From the NCBI RefSeq assembly GCF_001194135.2, contig NC_068991.1, positions 65,911,384 to 65,945,978 on the forward strand: 34,595 nucleotides of DNA, given 5' to 3'. Made by a program: the position numbers and the translations under genes. Position 1 is the stretch's first letter. Each line of letters begins with the position of its first letter. Under the pieces are notes generated by a model. The model worked only from the letters and a program-made list of their open reading frames with translations. It did not search any database and was not told the origin of the DNA. Shown piece after piece: positions 1 through 10,088 of the stretch. Source of the stretch: Octopus bimaculoides (Eukaryota).

Positions 1-1207
1 CATAACCCAGAGATCATGTCAATTGAAACTAAACTCTGCGAAGAAATGGATATTCATGTAAATATATATACCTTACAGTGAGAGATAAAAATCATATTAT
101 GCAAGAGAGATTTACTCTGGGTCACGAGATTACCAACTGACAGGGGTGCACCAGTCCAAAACCCAAATAGTATAGGGGGCAGAGACGACAAGGACTGTTT
201 GCTCAGTATTTTTCCATTGTGTAAGACAAACGAAAGTGCATATGAATACCAGGGAGTTTTTTTTTCCTTGAAGTAGTTGAAATTTGTTTGTTGGATGAAT
301 GTGGAGCAATTGGGATACATTGTTATGTCACCACTTATATTTTGTCGGATGAAGAGTAGGATATCCTCAATAAGCTTTTTATTGTGTCCCCAATTATATC
401 TCATCTTATGTGAGGCATTCTAACAATGTGGTATATTGTTTCGGAGATTATGGAATGCAGGCAACAAGATGTCACATTTAATGGGTCTAGTAGTGATGAA
501 CTATTCTGCTATTCACTAATACTATTCATGTAAACCGGATTTCAAGCCAAATATAGAATGCTACATGTATAAATTTAAACGAAAAAGAATGCCTAAAGCA
601 TCTGGTTCGCGGAAATAGTGACTAAGAAGACATTGTTATCAATCTTTGTTGATGAATGTTCACTATAATTATGCTGTTGACACGTGCAAGCTTCCACTTT
701 TCTATCCAAAGGGTTTTTTTTAATCCAATATTTACACGTTATCATTCATAACGTTATCTGCTTCGAGGTTCATTGTTCCAAAAACGAATTATTCAACAAG
801 CTGTATGTTTGTTTTTGCTGTTGTTTTAGGTTTAAACTTTAGTTGTTGAAAGTCTAATCCAATTTGCTTTGAGTATTTTGTTGCTGTGTATATTATCGAC
901 TTACCCCACCCCCATTATTACGTTAAAAGCCCAAAGCACGTAGCAGGTTTCCTTATGAGTAGATAAAGTAGAAGGTAAACATTAATAACTACTTTCTTAT
1001 ATTGTTTCCACCATCAGTTTCTCTTGTACGGATGGACAATCGTTGAATTTCTGATTTATGTCATGTCCTCCTTTAAAACCTTCTCAGAACGTTCGGTTTT
1101 GTTTGTTCTGGTAGATTCTGTGAGCGCCTGCTGTCAAAGGTCTCACAGGGTCTCTTTCCGCACATTATAATCTTTGATACTTGGTTGTTAATTATCATGG
1201 GAGACAT

Positions 1208-1848
1208 TCAACATCCAAGTACCAATCTCAAAATCCTAGCAGTCCCCAGCAGAGCAGCTTTTTGGGCTTGCTCTGATCTCATGTTAATTCCGATTTCTCT
1301 GACATATTTCTCGAACTTGGTTCCTAGTGCTCCGAGTGTCCCTACAACAACTGGAATGACAGATACTCTTCTCATAGTCCACATTCTTGCAATTTTGTCT
1401 TTTAATAGTCTGTACTTTTCAATCTTTTCTTGTTCTTTGTCACTTACGCACGCATCTCCAGGTATTGCAATATCTATGATCTCGGTTTCCTTTTTTCCTT
1501 CGTCTACCACAACAATATCTGGTCTCCGAGACCTCTTCCACCCCTGTTTCTAGACACATACAGTTTGTCAGTATCACTTTTGGGGTGTAGTTCCTTGTTA
1601 ATTGTCAACTTTTCTAGTTTTCCTGTCCATTTTGTCAAGCTCGTTCTTTGTCCACCTAACAACATCTGTGTCGTATCGCATTAAAGAAACAGTCCATGTG
1701 TTCATTGCTCTGATTTTGTTTTTTCCATTGAGTCTACTTCTCATAATTAACTTGGTTCTTCTTAGGTATTCTCGCCTAAAACTTTCTTTCATTTCATTGT
1801 CTCTGATTTTGTTGTATTCTAAAATCCCCAGATGTTTATATCCATTAG
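1208..1848 (-). mobile_element. R4/Dong-clade non-LTR retrotransposon 3' fragment (RT thumb + restriction-like endonuclease), frameshifted and internally deleted
   Basis: Minus-strand translations: GYKHLGILEY..EYLRRTKLIMRSRLNGKNKIRAMNTWTVSLMRY; DRKTRK/LHPKSDTDKLYVSRNRGGRGL; then RRPDIVVVDEGKKETEIIDIAIPGD..EKIEKY..IPVVVGTLG, stop at 1208-1210. Probable 3' UTR runs down to about 1100. Confidence 0.85.
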
Positions 1849-1849
1849 T

Positions 1850-2147
1850 CAGCTGAGCATGCCCGAGATGCGTGCAGGACAACGAAACGGTCCTGCATGC
1901 ACTCGTCCAGTGCCCGAGCATTGCTGACCTGTGGGTTTATGTCGAACACCTGCTGTCGCGTGTGGGACGGATCCGGCTGTCAACTGAATTCATCGTGAAG
2001 ATCGCTCCGCCACCGCCTTCCTTTAACCGAGAAGGAAAGGCTGTGTTTATATGCCTGGTGGTCATGAAGAAAGAGTTTGTATGGTGGACAAGATTGAAGG
2101 GGCTGAAGACAAACACTTTTGTCTTTAGCCAATCCCTGATCAACTTC
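1850..2147 (+). mobile_element. Tx1/L1-clade LINE ORF2 C-terminal (zinc-knuckle) fragment
   Basis: Translates CPRCVQDNETVLHALVQC (CCHC knuckle). Closely matches the reverse complement of about 32555-32835 in the larger Tx1-like copy. Confidence 0.85.
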
Positions 2148-2266
2148 GTAAGGCGCGTTGTGCCCTTGAGCAAGACACTTTATTGCTCCAGTCCACTCAG
2201 CTGGCAAAATTGAGTTGTACCTGTCATTTAAAGGGCCGGCCTTGTCACGATGAATTTCCCTGAGAG
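2148..2266 (+). mobile_element. SINE family A fragment (CORE-like body)
   Basis: gcgcgttgtgcccttgagcaagacacttt..gctccagtccactcagctggcaaaa matches the copy at 12882-13176. Confidence 0.8.
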
Positions 2267-2378
2267 CTGGAACAACGTGTAATAAAATGCCTTGCTCAAG
2301 GATACAACGCGCCACCGGGAATCGAACTCACGATCGTAAGCCTATTAAGCCACGTGACCACTAAGCCACGTGCCTTCA
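2267..2378 (-). mobile_element. SINE family A 5' head (tRNA-derived), inverted relative to the adjacent copy
   Basis: Reverse complement has A-box-like tggcttagtggt and B-box gttcgattccc, followed by gtatccttgagcaaggc. Confidence 0.75.
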
Positions 2379-3025
2379 CTTTTAACCCTTGTAAAAAGAA
2401 GAAAATAAACAAAAAATGCTAAAATAGTATCATTTATCTTTTACCTTTATTTGTTTCAGTCCTTGGACTGCGACTATACACAGCCCGGTCCTGGAATCGA
2501 ACTCACTACCTCACGATTGTGAGCCTGGTGTGCTTATAATACCTATTACCATAAAACAATTCTGAGCAATCCCTTATTTTTTAAACAAGGAAACCAAACA
2601 AATTAATTTTAATGATCCTGCTGTTGCCGTGGAGTATTTAATTGATTTTCTAAATACTTTGTCTGCTGAGATAACGATAATTATAGATGTTGTTGTAAGA
2701 TTATATTCAACGAGGATCGTCTAATTATCCTTAATGATAATTAATAACTTGCATACGTTAACCTCTCTCTCTCTCTATTTCTCTCTCGTCCTTGGCCATC
2801 TTCAATCCAATAGCAAGATCGGGTCAATACGACTGGGGATGGAGACTGTTGCTGTGAATGACCAGGATGTCTTATTTGTTTCATCTTGCTCTCAGCACTT
2901 CACAAAGTGTTGCTGCATCTAACTTCCCCTCTTTTGAACCAACCATGTTGGTTTCTTCTTCAGAGTCCGCTAAATCCAGTTTTCATTTGCATAAGTAGGC
3001 AAGCTCTAAAAAGCTAATTGACCCA

Positions 3026-3465
3026 TACCATCAACCCATACCATTCTGGAATCAGGCCGACTCCGTGAGTAAATAAAAAACATTCCAGGCCGAATCCGGA
3101 CCCGCAATCCTGAAATTTCGGATTCCCAAGTTTTCATTACTGCGATTGTTTTCGGCGATTTTTTTACGTGATTTTTTGCGACGAATTTTTTTGTACGATA
3201 ACAATTTTTATAACTTGGAAATAAATTTTGGGAATAATCGAAATTAATTGCGAAATCCAGCGATTATTTTCGGCGATTTTCTATGTGATTTTTGGCAACG
3301 AATATGATCATCATTGAGATATAACTCTGGTGGAAGCAATTGCAGCAAATACTCCAAAATAAGTCAGAGATCTATTTGCAGATCTTCCCATTCGGGGTCA
3401 GTAGCTTAAAAGCTATAAACTACCTTAAAAACTGACACACTGACATTTGCATTTATTATATTAGA
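3026..3465. mobile_element. Rearranged copy of the non-autonomous Helitron-like element at 7531-8213
   Basis: About 3030-3430 is the reverse complement of about 7566-8140 (minus the SINE insertion). 3433-3466 (tgacacactgacatttgcatttattatattagat) is a direct copy of the 8181-8214 terminus. Confidence 0.65.
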
Positions 3466-3469
3466 TTTT

Positions 3470-3790
3470 ATCTTTAATTTTTCACTTGTATCAGTTATTG
3501 GACTGCGGCCATGCTGGAGCACCACCTTGAGAGTTTTTAGTGGAACAGACTGATCCCTCGGTATCTATTTTTGTAAAGTCTGGCACTAATTCTAGCAGTT
3601 CTCCTTTGTCGAGCTGCTAAGTTACGTACACATAAACAAACCAACACCAGTTGCCAAGTGATGAAGCTTAGGCAAATACAAAGAGACACACACGATAGGC
3701 TTCTACTTAGTTTTCTTTTGCCAAATTCATTAACGAGGCATTGGTCAGTTCGAGGCTGCAGTAAAAGATATTTACCCAAGGCGTCGTGAG
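3470..3790 (-). mobile_element. SINE family B, degenerate, lacking 5' head
   Basis: Diagnostic gactgcggccatgctggagcacc and ccaaattca motifs, reverse complement of 15741-16154. Near-identical to 8215-8540. Confidence 0.8.
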
Positions 3791-3792
3791 CA

Positions 3793-3925
3793 GCTGCTAC
3801 TGTTCTGGGTTAGAGTAGACCTGGAACAATTGAGGCTAAGAGATGGTTCCACACTCGTCAAAACCCCGGATCTCGCGAACTAGGGTCCCATAGCCGGATG
3901 CAGTTTAAAGCTATATCCACGACTG
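3793..3925 (+). mobile_element. Probable RTE-type LINE 3' UTR fragment
   Basis: ctactgttctgggttagagtagacctgg..gatggttccacactc..ccggatgcagtttaaag resembles RTE 3' ends as I recall them. No coding support. Confidence 0.45.
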
Positions 3926-4204
3926 CGAAGTATCAGCATCTATTCTAAAAGCAGTGTAGCTCCGAAGGAACGGTCCGGCCTAGGCGACGCCTTTATAGTG
4001 ACAACGCTTTTGGATCTGTTGTATAACCTTGTACAGGGATAAGAGGTGGGGTGTCAGACTCAAGGGCCGAGCCGGGCGGCACACACACAGTAGAAACAGT
4101 ACTGAGTAAAAGAAAAAATGATTACATAATCTTGGATTGCTTTTGATAATAGCTCTGTTCTATCATGTTGGTGTGTATGTGTGTGGTGGAGGGGGGGACG
4201 ATAA

Positions 4205-4460
4205 ACTACAACAGTGTTATCGTCGTCGTTGTCATCAACGTCATCATCATCATCGTCAGCAGCAGCAGCAGCTCCCCTCCTCCCCAAACACCCACCCCTC
4301 CCCTNNNNNNNNNNNNNNNNNNNNCCCCCTCTCCATCCTGCTCCTCACCCACCTTCCTCCTATTCTTATTCCTCCTCCCCTCTCCCTCCTCTCCCCCCTC
4401 TTCTTCTCCTTCCTCCTCCTCCTCCTCCTCCTCCCCAGCATCATCATCACCACCGGCAAG
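4205..4460. repeat. Low-complexity (CAT/CAG/CCT) simple repeats around a gap
   Basis: Visible trinucleotide and C/T-rich tracts; source of the poly-S/E/L pseudo-ORFs. Confidence 0.9.
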
Positions 4461-4848
4461 CAGTATCGTATACAACATTGATCACAGACCAGACACACTA
4501 TCCCCATAATAGCCTTGACCAGACCAGTTTACTAATTTCTGACTAATAAACCTCTTCAGTCACCCCGCTCCCCCCCCCAACCCCCGCTCAATGACCACCA
4601 CTCCTAAAACACTTGTCATCCTCATTGATAATTACCCTGTCTCATTCAATGTTGACCTTCCATTCCAGCCTCCACCGTTTCTATTTAGTCACTCTAACAC
4701 AAGACACAACAAGATGAATCTTTACGTGGTCGTGAGACCTTGCTAGAAATAACAGCCAAAATCACAATTCAGAAGAAGACAAACGTAGTCCTAAATTCTT
4801 TAGTTTCTTTTCCTTACCTTTTGTTTGTTTGTTTTTACGCTTGTCTTT

Positions 4849-5035
4849 TTATTTGTTTCAGGAAACCAGACTGCGGCCATGCTGGGGTACCACCTCAAAC
4901 GGTTTAGTCAAACGAATGCTTTTTTTTCTTTTTTATTTAAAATCTAGTACTTATTCTGTCGGTCTTTTTGCCGAACCGCTAGTTTTTGGGGGTACGTAAA
5001 CAAATCAGCAAGTTTTGGTGGAAGACAAACACAAA
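4849..5035 (-). mobile_element. SINE family B 3' half
   Basis: gactgcggccatgctgg..ctagtacttattctgtcggtctttttgccgaaccgcta is the reverse complement of about 16000-16130. Confidence 0.75.
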
Positions 5036-5039
5036 GACA

Positions 5040-5216
5040 CACAGACATACATATGCATACTTATACGTATACAAACACACACACACACATACATACATAC
5101 ATACATACATACATACNNNNNNNNNNNNNNNNNNNNNNNNNNNNNNNNNNNNNNNNNNNNNNNNNNNNNNNNNNNNNNNNNNNNNNNNNNNNNNNNNNNN
5201 NNNNNNNNNNNNNNNN

Positions 5217-5254
<38 letters not shown>

Positions 5255-5323
5255 TGTCGTGTCGTATGTACACACACACACACATCTATATATATGTATA
5301 TATATATATGTATATATATATAT

Positions 5324-5354
<31 letters not shown>

Positions 5355-5400
5355 GACAGAGAGATGTATATATACGTATGTATACACACACACCCATACA
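5040..5400. repeat. Compound microsatellite (CA/ACAT/TA/GA/GACA) spanning a gap
   Basis: Directly visible. Confidence 0.95.
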
Positions 5401-5425
5401 TAAGTAAAAGAGGTTTACTTCCCAA

Positions 5426-5716
5426 GGGATCTTTCTGATTTGGCGGACACCACTTGTTTTCTTAACGAAACACTTTCAAACTTGGGACACTGGTAGAATG
5501 TGTCATATAAAACATCTTTTACTCTTAGTGTTGTTGAGAAAAGTTAATATTTTAAAAGATATTTCGTGTTAAAATTGTCGTAACATGAAATAACTTCGAA
5601 TATAAAAATTTTTCTTTGTTCTATAAGACAAAATATACAAGTATACGAAGTTTTAAAGTGTTTCGATAGAAAACACACTAAATAAAAAATGATGTCCGCC
5701 AAATCAGAAAGTTCCC
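5426..5716. mobile_element. MITE with about 24-bp TIRs, related to 26575-27142
   Basis: Left gggatctttctgatttggcggaca, right tgtccgccaaatcagaaagttccc. Interior matches both arms of the 26575-27142 element in reverse complement. No clear TSD. Confidence 0.8.
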
Positions 5717-5821
5717 TTCCACGTAATTAGAAATATAGGAAAATTGGTTTGGTATCTCAGAAGGCAGAGCCAGAACAGACACGTCATGACATCTCAGCTG
5801 ACGTTCTAATAATCCCGTAAA

Positions 5822-5950
5822 TCCAATACCTTGAACTGAGATTTAATTTATCGAACCCGAATGAATAAAGAAATACAGTAAACCTCCGCGGGATTTGAAT
5901 TCAGAGCACTGAGATCCGGAATAAACAACCGCAAGACAGTCTGCCATTTC
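5822..5950 (-). mobile_element. SINE family C, highly degenerate
   Basis: tttaatttatcgaacccgaa..gggatttgaattcaga aligns to the better copies at 6291-6490 and 12243-12466. Confidence 0.55.
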
Positions 5951-6290
5951 ACCGTCTTCGTTGAAGGTTTAATAGTCACTCTTACCTTACTATGACATAC
6001 TTGAAGTCTAACGCCGGGAGTTGATCTTGTCTACGATTCATTGTTTTTATGAGCGCAATATTTACGATGTTAGAAATCTACTTTGAATGACAAGGTCAAC
6101 AAAGTTCACTCTTACCGTTAGTAAATTGTTTGCGAGCCTAAGTACTTTGTAAATAAGGGACTTCATTCATTCACTGAGAAACATCGTATTGCTAGGTAAA
6201 GATGAAGTGGAATAAGGAATTGACTCAACACTTTCATATCGCTAATACTTATTTTACTGATATGGCCGACATGATCGAATGTCTTAAGTG

Positions 6291-6490
6291 TTCTTTTCTA
6301 CTCTAGGCACAAGGCCCGAAATTTTTGGAGACGGGGCCAGTCGATTAGATTGACTCCAGTACTCAACTGGTACTTAATTTATCGACCCCGAAAGGATGAA
6401 AGGCAAAGTTGTCCTCGGCGGAATTTGAACTCAGAACGTAACGGCAGACGAAATACCGCTAAGCATTTCGCCCGGCGTGCTAACGTTTCT
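6291..6490 (-). mobile_element. SINE family C (3' tail variant b)
   Basis: aactggtacttaatttatcgaccccgaaaggatgaaaggcaaag..gaatttgaactcagaacgt. Tail ctaggcacaaggcccgaaattttt is shared with 13669-13882. Confidence 0.85.
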
Positions 6491-6595
6491 TATTTCTTTA
6501 TTGCCTACAAGGGGCTAAACATAGAGGGGACAGACAAGGACGGACAAAGAGATTAAGTCGATTACATCGACCCCAGTGCTCAACTGGTACTTAAT
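6491..6595 (-). mobile_element. SINE family C 3' end (tail variant a)
   Basis: tatttctttattgcctacaaggggctaaac..gtcgattacatcgaccccag matches 12243-12345. Confidence 0.8.
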
Positions 6596-7530
6596 ATATA
6601 TANNNNNNNNNNNNNNNNNNNNNNNNNNNNNNNNNNNNNNNNNNNNNNNNNNNNNNNNNNNNNNNNNNNNNNNNNNNNNNNNNNNNNNNNNNNNNNNNNN
6701 NNNNNNNNNNNNNNNNNNNNNNNNNNNNNNNNNNNNNNNNNNNNNNNNNNNNNNNNNNNNNNNNNNNNNNNNNNNNNNNNNNNNNNNNNNNNNNNNNNNN
6801 NNNNNNNNNNNNNNNNNNNNNNNNNNNNNNNNNNNNNNNNNNNNNNNNNNNNNNNNNNNNNNNNNNNNNNNNNNNNNNNNNNNNNNNNNNNNNNNNNNNN
6901 NNNNNNNNNNNNNNNNNNNNNNNNNNNNNNNNNNNNNNNNNNNNNNNNNNNNNNNNNNNNNNNNNNNNNNNNNNNNNNNNNNNNNNNNNNNNNNNNNNNN
7001 NNNNNNNNNNNNNNNNNNNNNNNNNNNNNNNNNNNNNNNNNNNNNNNNNNNNNNNNNNNNNNNNNNNNNNNNNNNNNNNNNNNNNNNNNNNNNNNNNNNN
7101 NNNNNNNNNNNNNNNNNNNNNNNNNNNNNNNNNNNNNNNNNNNNNNNNNNNNNNNNNNNNNNNNNNNNNNNNNNNNNNNNNNNNNNNNNNNNNNNNNNNN
7201 NNNNNNNNNNNNNNNNNNNNNNNNNNNNNNNNNNNNNNNNNNNNNNNNNNNNNNNNNNNNNNNNNNNNNNNNNNNNNNNNNNNNNNNNNNNNNNNNNNNN
7301 NNNNNNNNNNNNNNNNNNNNNNNNNNNNNNNNNNNNNNNNNNNNNNNNNNNNNNNNNNNNNNNNNNNNNNGTGCGAATCTTGAAATTTCCTAAAGCAGGT
7401 TTAACAACCTCTCAGCAGGATTTTAAAGTATTAATTACAACAATGGAGGCTGAGTGAGAGCCTTCAATAAGAAGAGATAAATCGATCAACTTTAGTTAGT
7501 AACACCAATGTGGCTGCATATATTTTCTTA

Positions 7531-8213
7531 CTAGCTAAAAACAAACCACCCTATCATGCGGCTTTTAAGGTAGTTTATAGCTTTTAAGCTACTGACCCCG
7601 AATGGGAAGATCTGCAAACAGATCTCTGACTTGTTTTGGAGTATTTGCGGCAATTGGTTCCACCAGAGTCATATCTCAATGATGATTATTTGTTGGCACT
7701 CCGTCGCTTACGACGTCGAGGGTTCCTGTTAATCCGATCAACGGAACAGCCTGCTCGTGAAATTAACGTGCAAGTGACTGAGCACTCCACAGACACGTGT
7801 ACCCTTAACGTAGTTCTCGGGGATATTCAGCGTGACACAGTGTGACAAGGCTTACCCTTTGAATTACAGGCACAACAGAAACAGGAAGTAAGAGTGAGAG
7901 AAAGTTGTGGTGGAANNNNNNNNNNAATAATTTCGATTATTCGCAAAATTTATTTTCAAGTTATAAAAATTGTTATCATACAAAAAAAATTTGTCGCAAA
8001 AAATCACGTAAAAAAATCGCCGAAAACAATCGCAGTTATGAATATTTGAGAATCCAAAACTTCAGGATTGTGGGTCCGGATTTGGCCTGGAATGTTTTAA
8101 ATTTACTCACAGAGTCGGCCTGATTCCAGAATGGTATGATATGTTGGGCTACGGCCTCTGGGAGTAAAGTTGAAAAAGTGTGACACACTGACATTCGTAT
8201 TTATTATATTAGA
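7531..8213 (-). mobile_element. Non-autonomous Helitron-like element (about 0.7 kb including a SINE insertion and a 10-nt gap)
   Basis: Minus strand begins A|TCTAATATAATAAA at 8214/8213 and ends CTAG|T at 7531/7530, with a decayed hairpin about 10-30 nt before CTAG. This fits Helitron 5'-TC, 3'-CTAG and A|T target rules. Confidence 0.6.
7690..7915 (-). mobile_element. SINE family A' (alternative head, same 3' body), nested in the Helitron-like element
   Basis: Reverse complement of about 25585-25815. Absent from the homologous position (about 3295-3305) of the other copy. Confidence 0.85.
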
Positions 8214-8214
8214 T

Positions 8215-8626
8215 TTTATCTTTTATTTTTCACTTGTCTCAGTTATTGAACTGCAGCCATGCTGGGGCACCGCCTTAAGAGTTTTTAGTGGAACAGACTG
8301 ATCCCTTGGCATTTATTTTTGTAAAGTCTGGCACTAATTCTAGCAGTTCTCTTTTGTCGAGCTGCTAAGTTACGTACACATAAATAAACCAACACCAGTT
8401 ACCAAGCGATGAAGCTTAGGCAAATACAAAAAGACACACACGATAGGCTTCTACTCAGTTTTCTTTTGCCAAATTCATTAACAAGGCATTGGTCAGCTCG
8501 AGGCTGCAGTAAATGATATTTACCCAAGGTGTCGCGAGCAAGACTCAACCCGAAACCTTGTGGTGGCATGGTGAGCTTCTACGCCACACAGCTACAGCTG
8601 CGCCCATAGAATATAATTTTAAAAAA
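8215..8626 (-). mobile_element. SINE family B, degenerate full-length copy
   Basis: Colinear with the reverse complement of 15741-16154, from tail to head (gggcgcagctgtagctgtgtgg on the minus strand). Confidence 0.8.
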
Positions 8627-9272
8627 TATATGTAGCAGCCTTTGAATATGAAAATATCATAAGCTGCTCTTATCAAAAACCTTGGACATTTCTGCTAAAT
8701 AACTTTTATTAATAATGAATTCTAACAAAGACACAAGTCCATAAATCGATTAAATCGACCCCAATACTTGATTGCTACATTATTTTATTTTACCGGTCCC
8801 GATAAGAAGAAAGGTAGACTGTGGGGTTTGAACTAATAACATGAGGAACCGAAATAGAAAAAAAAATTATCGCAAAAACTTTTATGTTTGAGGGCGTTCT
8901 AACAATTATCCTAACCTAGTGCAGCATATAAATTTATAGATAATAGCTGCTTTTCTGATTCTGAAATCTCAATGATTCTAAGGGGAACAACTTATACAAT
9001 TCTGTAATTTTGTATCATATTCTATTAGAAAAAAAACACACAAGAAATAATCAAATCACAAAATTAAGGCAAGAATATAATGAAATATTAATTTAATTTC
9101 CAGTTTTTGTTTGGTTGATAAAAGCCTGGAAAGAATTATTAAAATTTTACGTTTGAAGTCTTTCCACTATTGTAGTAGCAAAGTTATGTCCCTTGCAATA
9201 ATTTTTATTCACCTATAAAATAAACTCTCCAGCTAGAACAGCGTTTCTCGTCGGGATGACAAAGTAAACTTA

Positions 9273-9550
9273 CATTCGTGAGACGGGTGTAATAGCTGAT
9301 CGGTGGACTTTCGGAATAGCTATCACGACGTCATGGAGAAAAGTACCAGTAAAAATTTACTAGAAAAGACACGGAATTGGAGAGGAAGAATGTTAAAAGA
9401 TTAAATGTTTTGGACAATAATAATAATAATAATAAAAACTTTCACAAAAGGCGACAATTACACATTTCCTTGCTTTTCCCCCTTCTCCATGAGGTAGCGA
9501 TAGCTATACCGAAAGTCCAACGATCAACTATTAAATCTATTTCACGAATG
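9273..9550. mobile_element. Foldback/MITE with about 70-bp imperfect TIRs, flanked by TA
   Basis: TA|cattcgtgagacgggtgtaatagctgatcggtggactttcggaatagctatc..catggagaa pairs with ttctccatg..gatagctataccgaaagtccaacgatcaactatt..tcacgaatg|TA. Confidence 0.75.
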
Positions 9551-10039
9551 TAATATTTTATTTACTAATCTTTTTTATTTTTATTTTAAACTTGCAGATA
9601 ATCAGAAAGTATCGTTTTTTTTCTTTTTATATCCATCCACACGTTAATCTTAAGCGAGTCATTTTCACAGTGTTGGACAAAGTCTTTTGGACGTTAATGT
9701 GTCCAGTTGTGACAATTGTGCCGATTAATTTTTCTGCATGAATGAAATGATGCTTCATCAAATGGAAAGAATGTTATCCATTAAGTTTTCAATGTGAATG
9801 AGATCAATCAAATCAGCATTAGTTTTATTCCTTACGGTATAATCTTCCTCGTGCAATCCATGAAGATTTGAAAATGGCAACTGCAAACTCCTCTGTATTC
9901 GCTTTGAATAGCAGTCAGATCTTTCCTTTTCTGGGGAAAGGAACCGTTTACGCGCGATTGCGATGTCACGTTCGTTGTAAGCTTGCGAAATAACCTAGAA
10001 AAGAAAAAAAACCCACGAAACAAAACTCCGTTACTGGGA

Positions 10040-10088
10040 AACTCAGACTTTCCCGGTGACCCAACGGGTCATGGGTAGTCTAGTCTAG
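10040..10088 (+). mobile_element. Helitron 3' terminus (5' extent undetermined)
   Basis: GC-rich hairpin tgaccc-aac-gggtca at 10057-10071, followed by CTAG at 10080-10083 and 10085-10088, each followed by T. Confidence 0.6.

Noticed and set aside
54-404. 116-aa minus-strand ORF
   Set aside because: No recognisable domain, no supporting splice sites and no matching motifs in neighbouring frames. Left unannotated.
557-625. NATCINLNEKECLKHLVRG, reminiscent of a K2P cap turn
   Set aside because: Ends in a stop after 22 codons with no pore motif, and lies 30 kb upstream of the TM1 exon. Likely chance.
4060-5438. Cluster of ORFs rich in poly-S/L/H or CV/YI
   Set aside because: Translations of microsatellites and N-gaps. 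The same applies at 6576-7457, 10080-10733, 14962-15361, 18027-20181, 23629-23966, 26374-28128 and 29193-29741.
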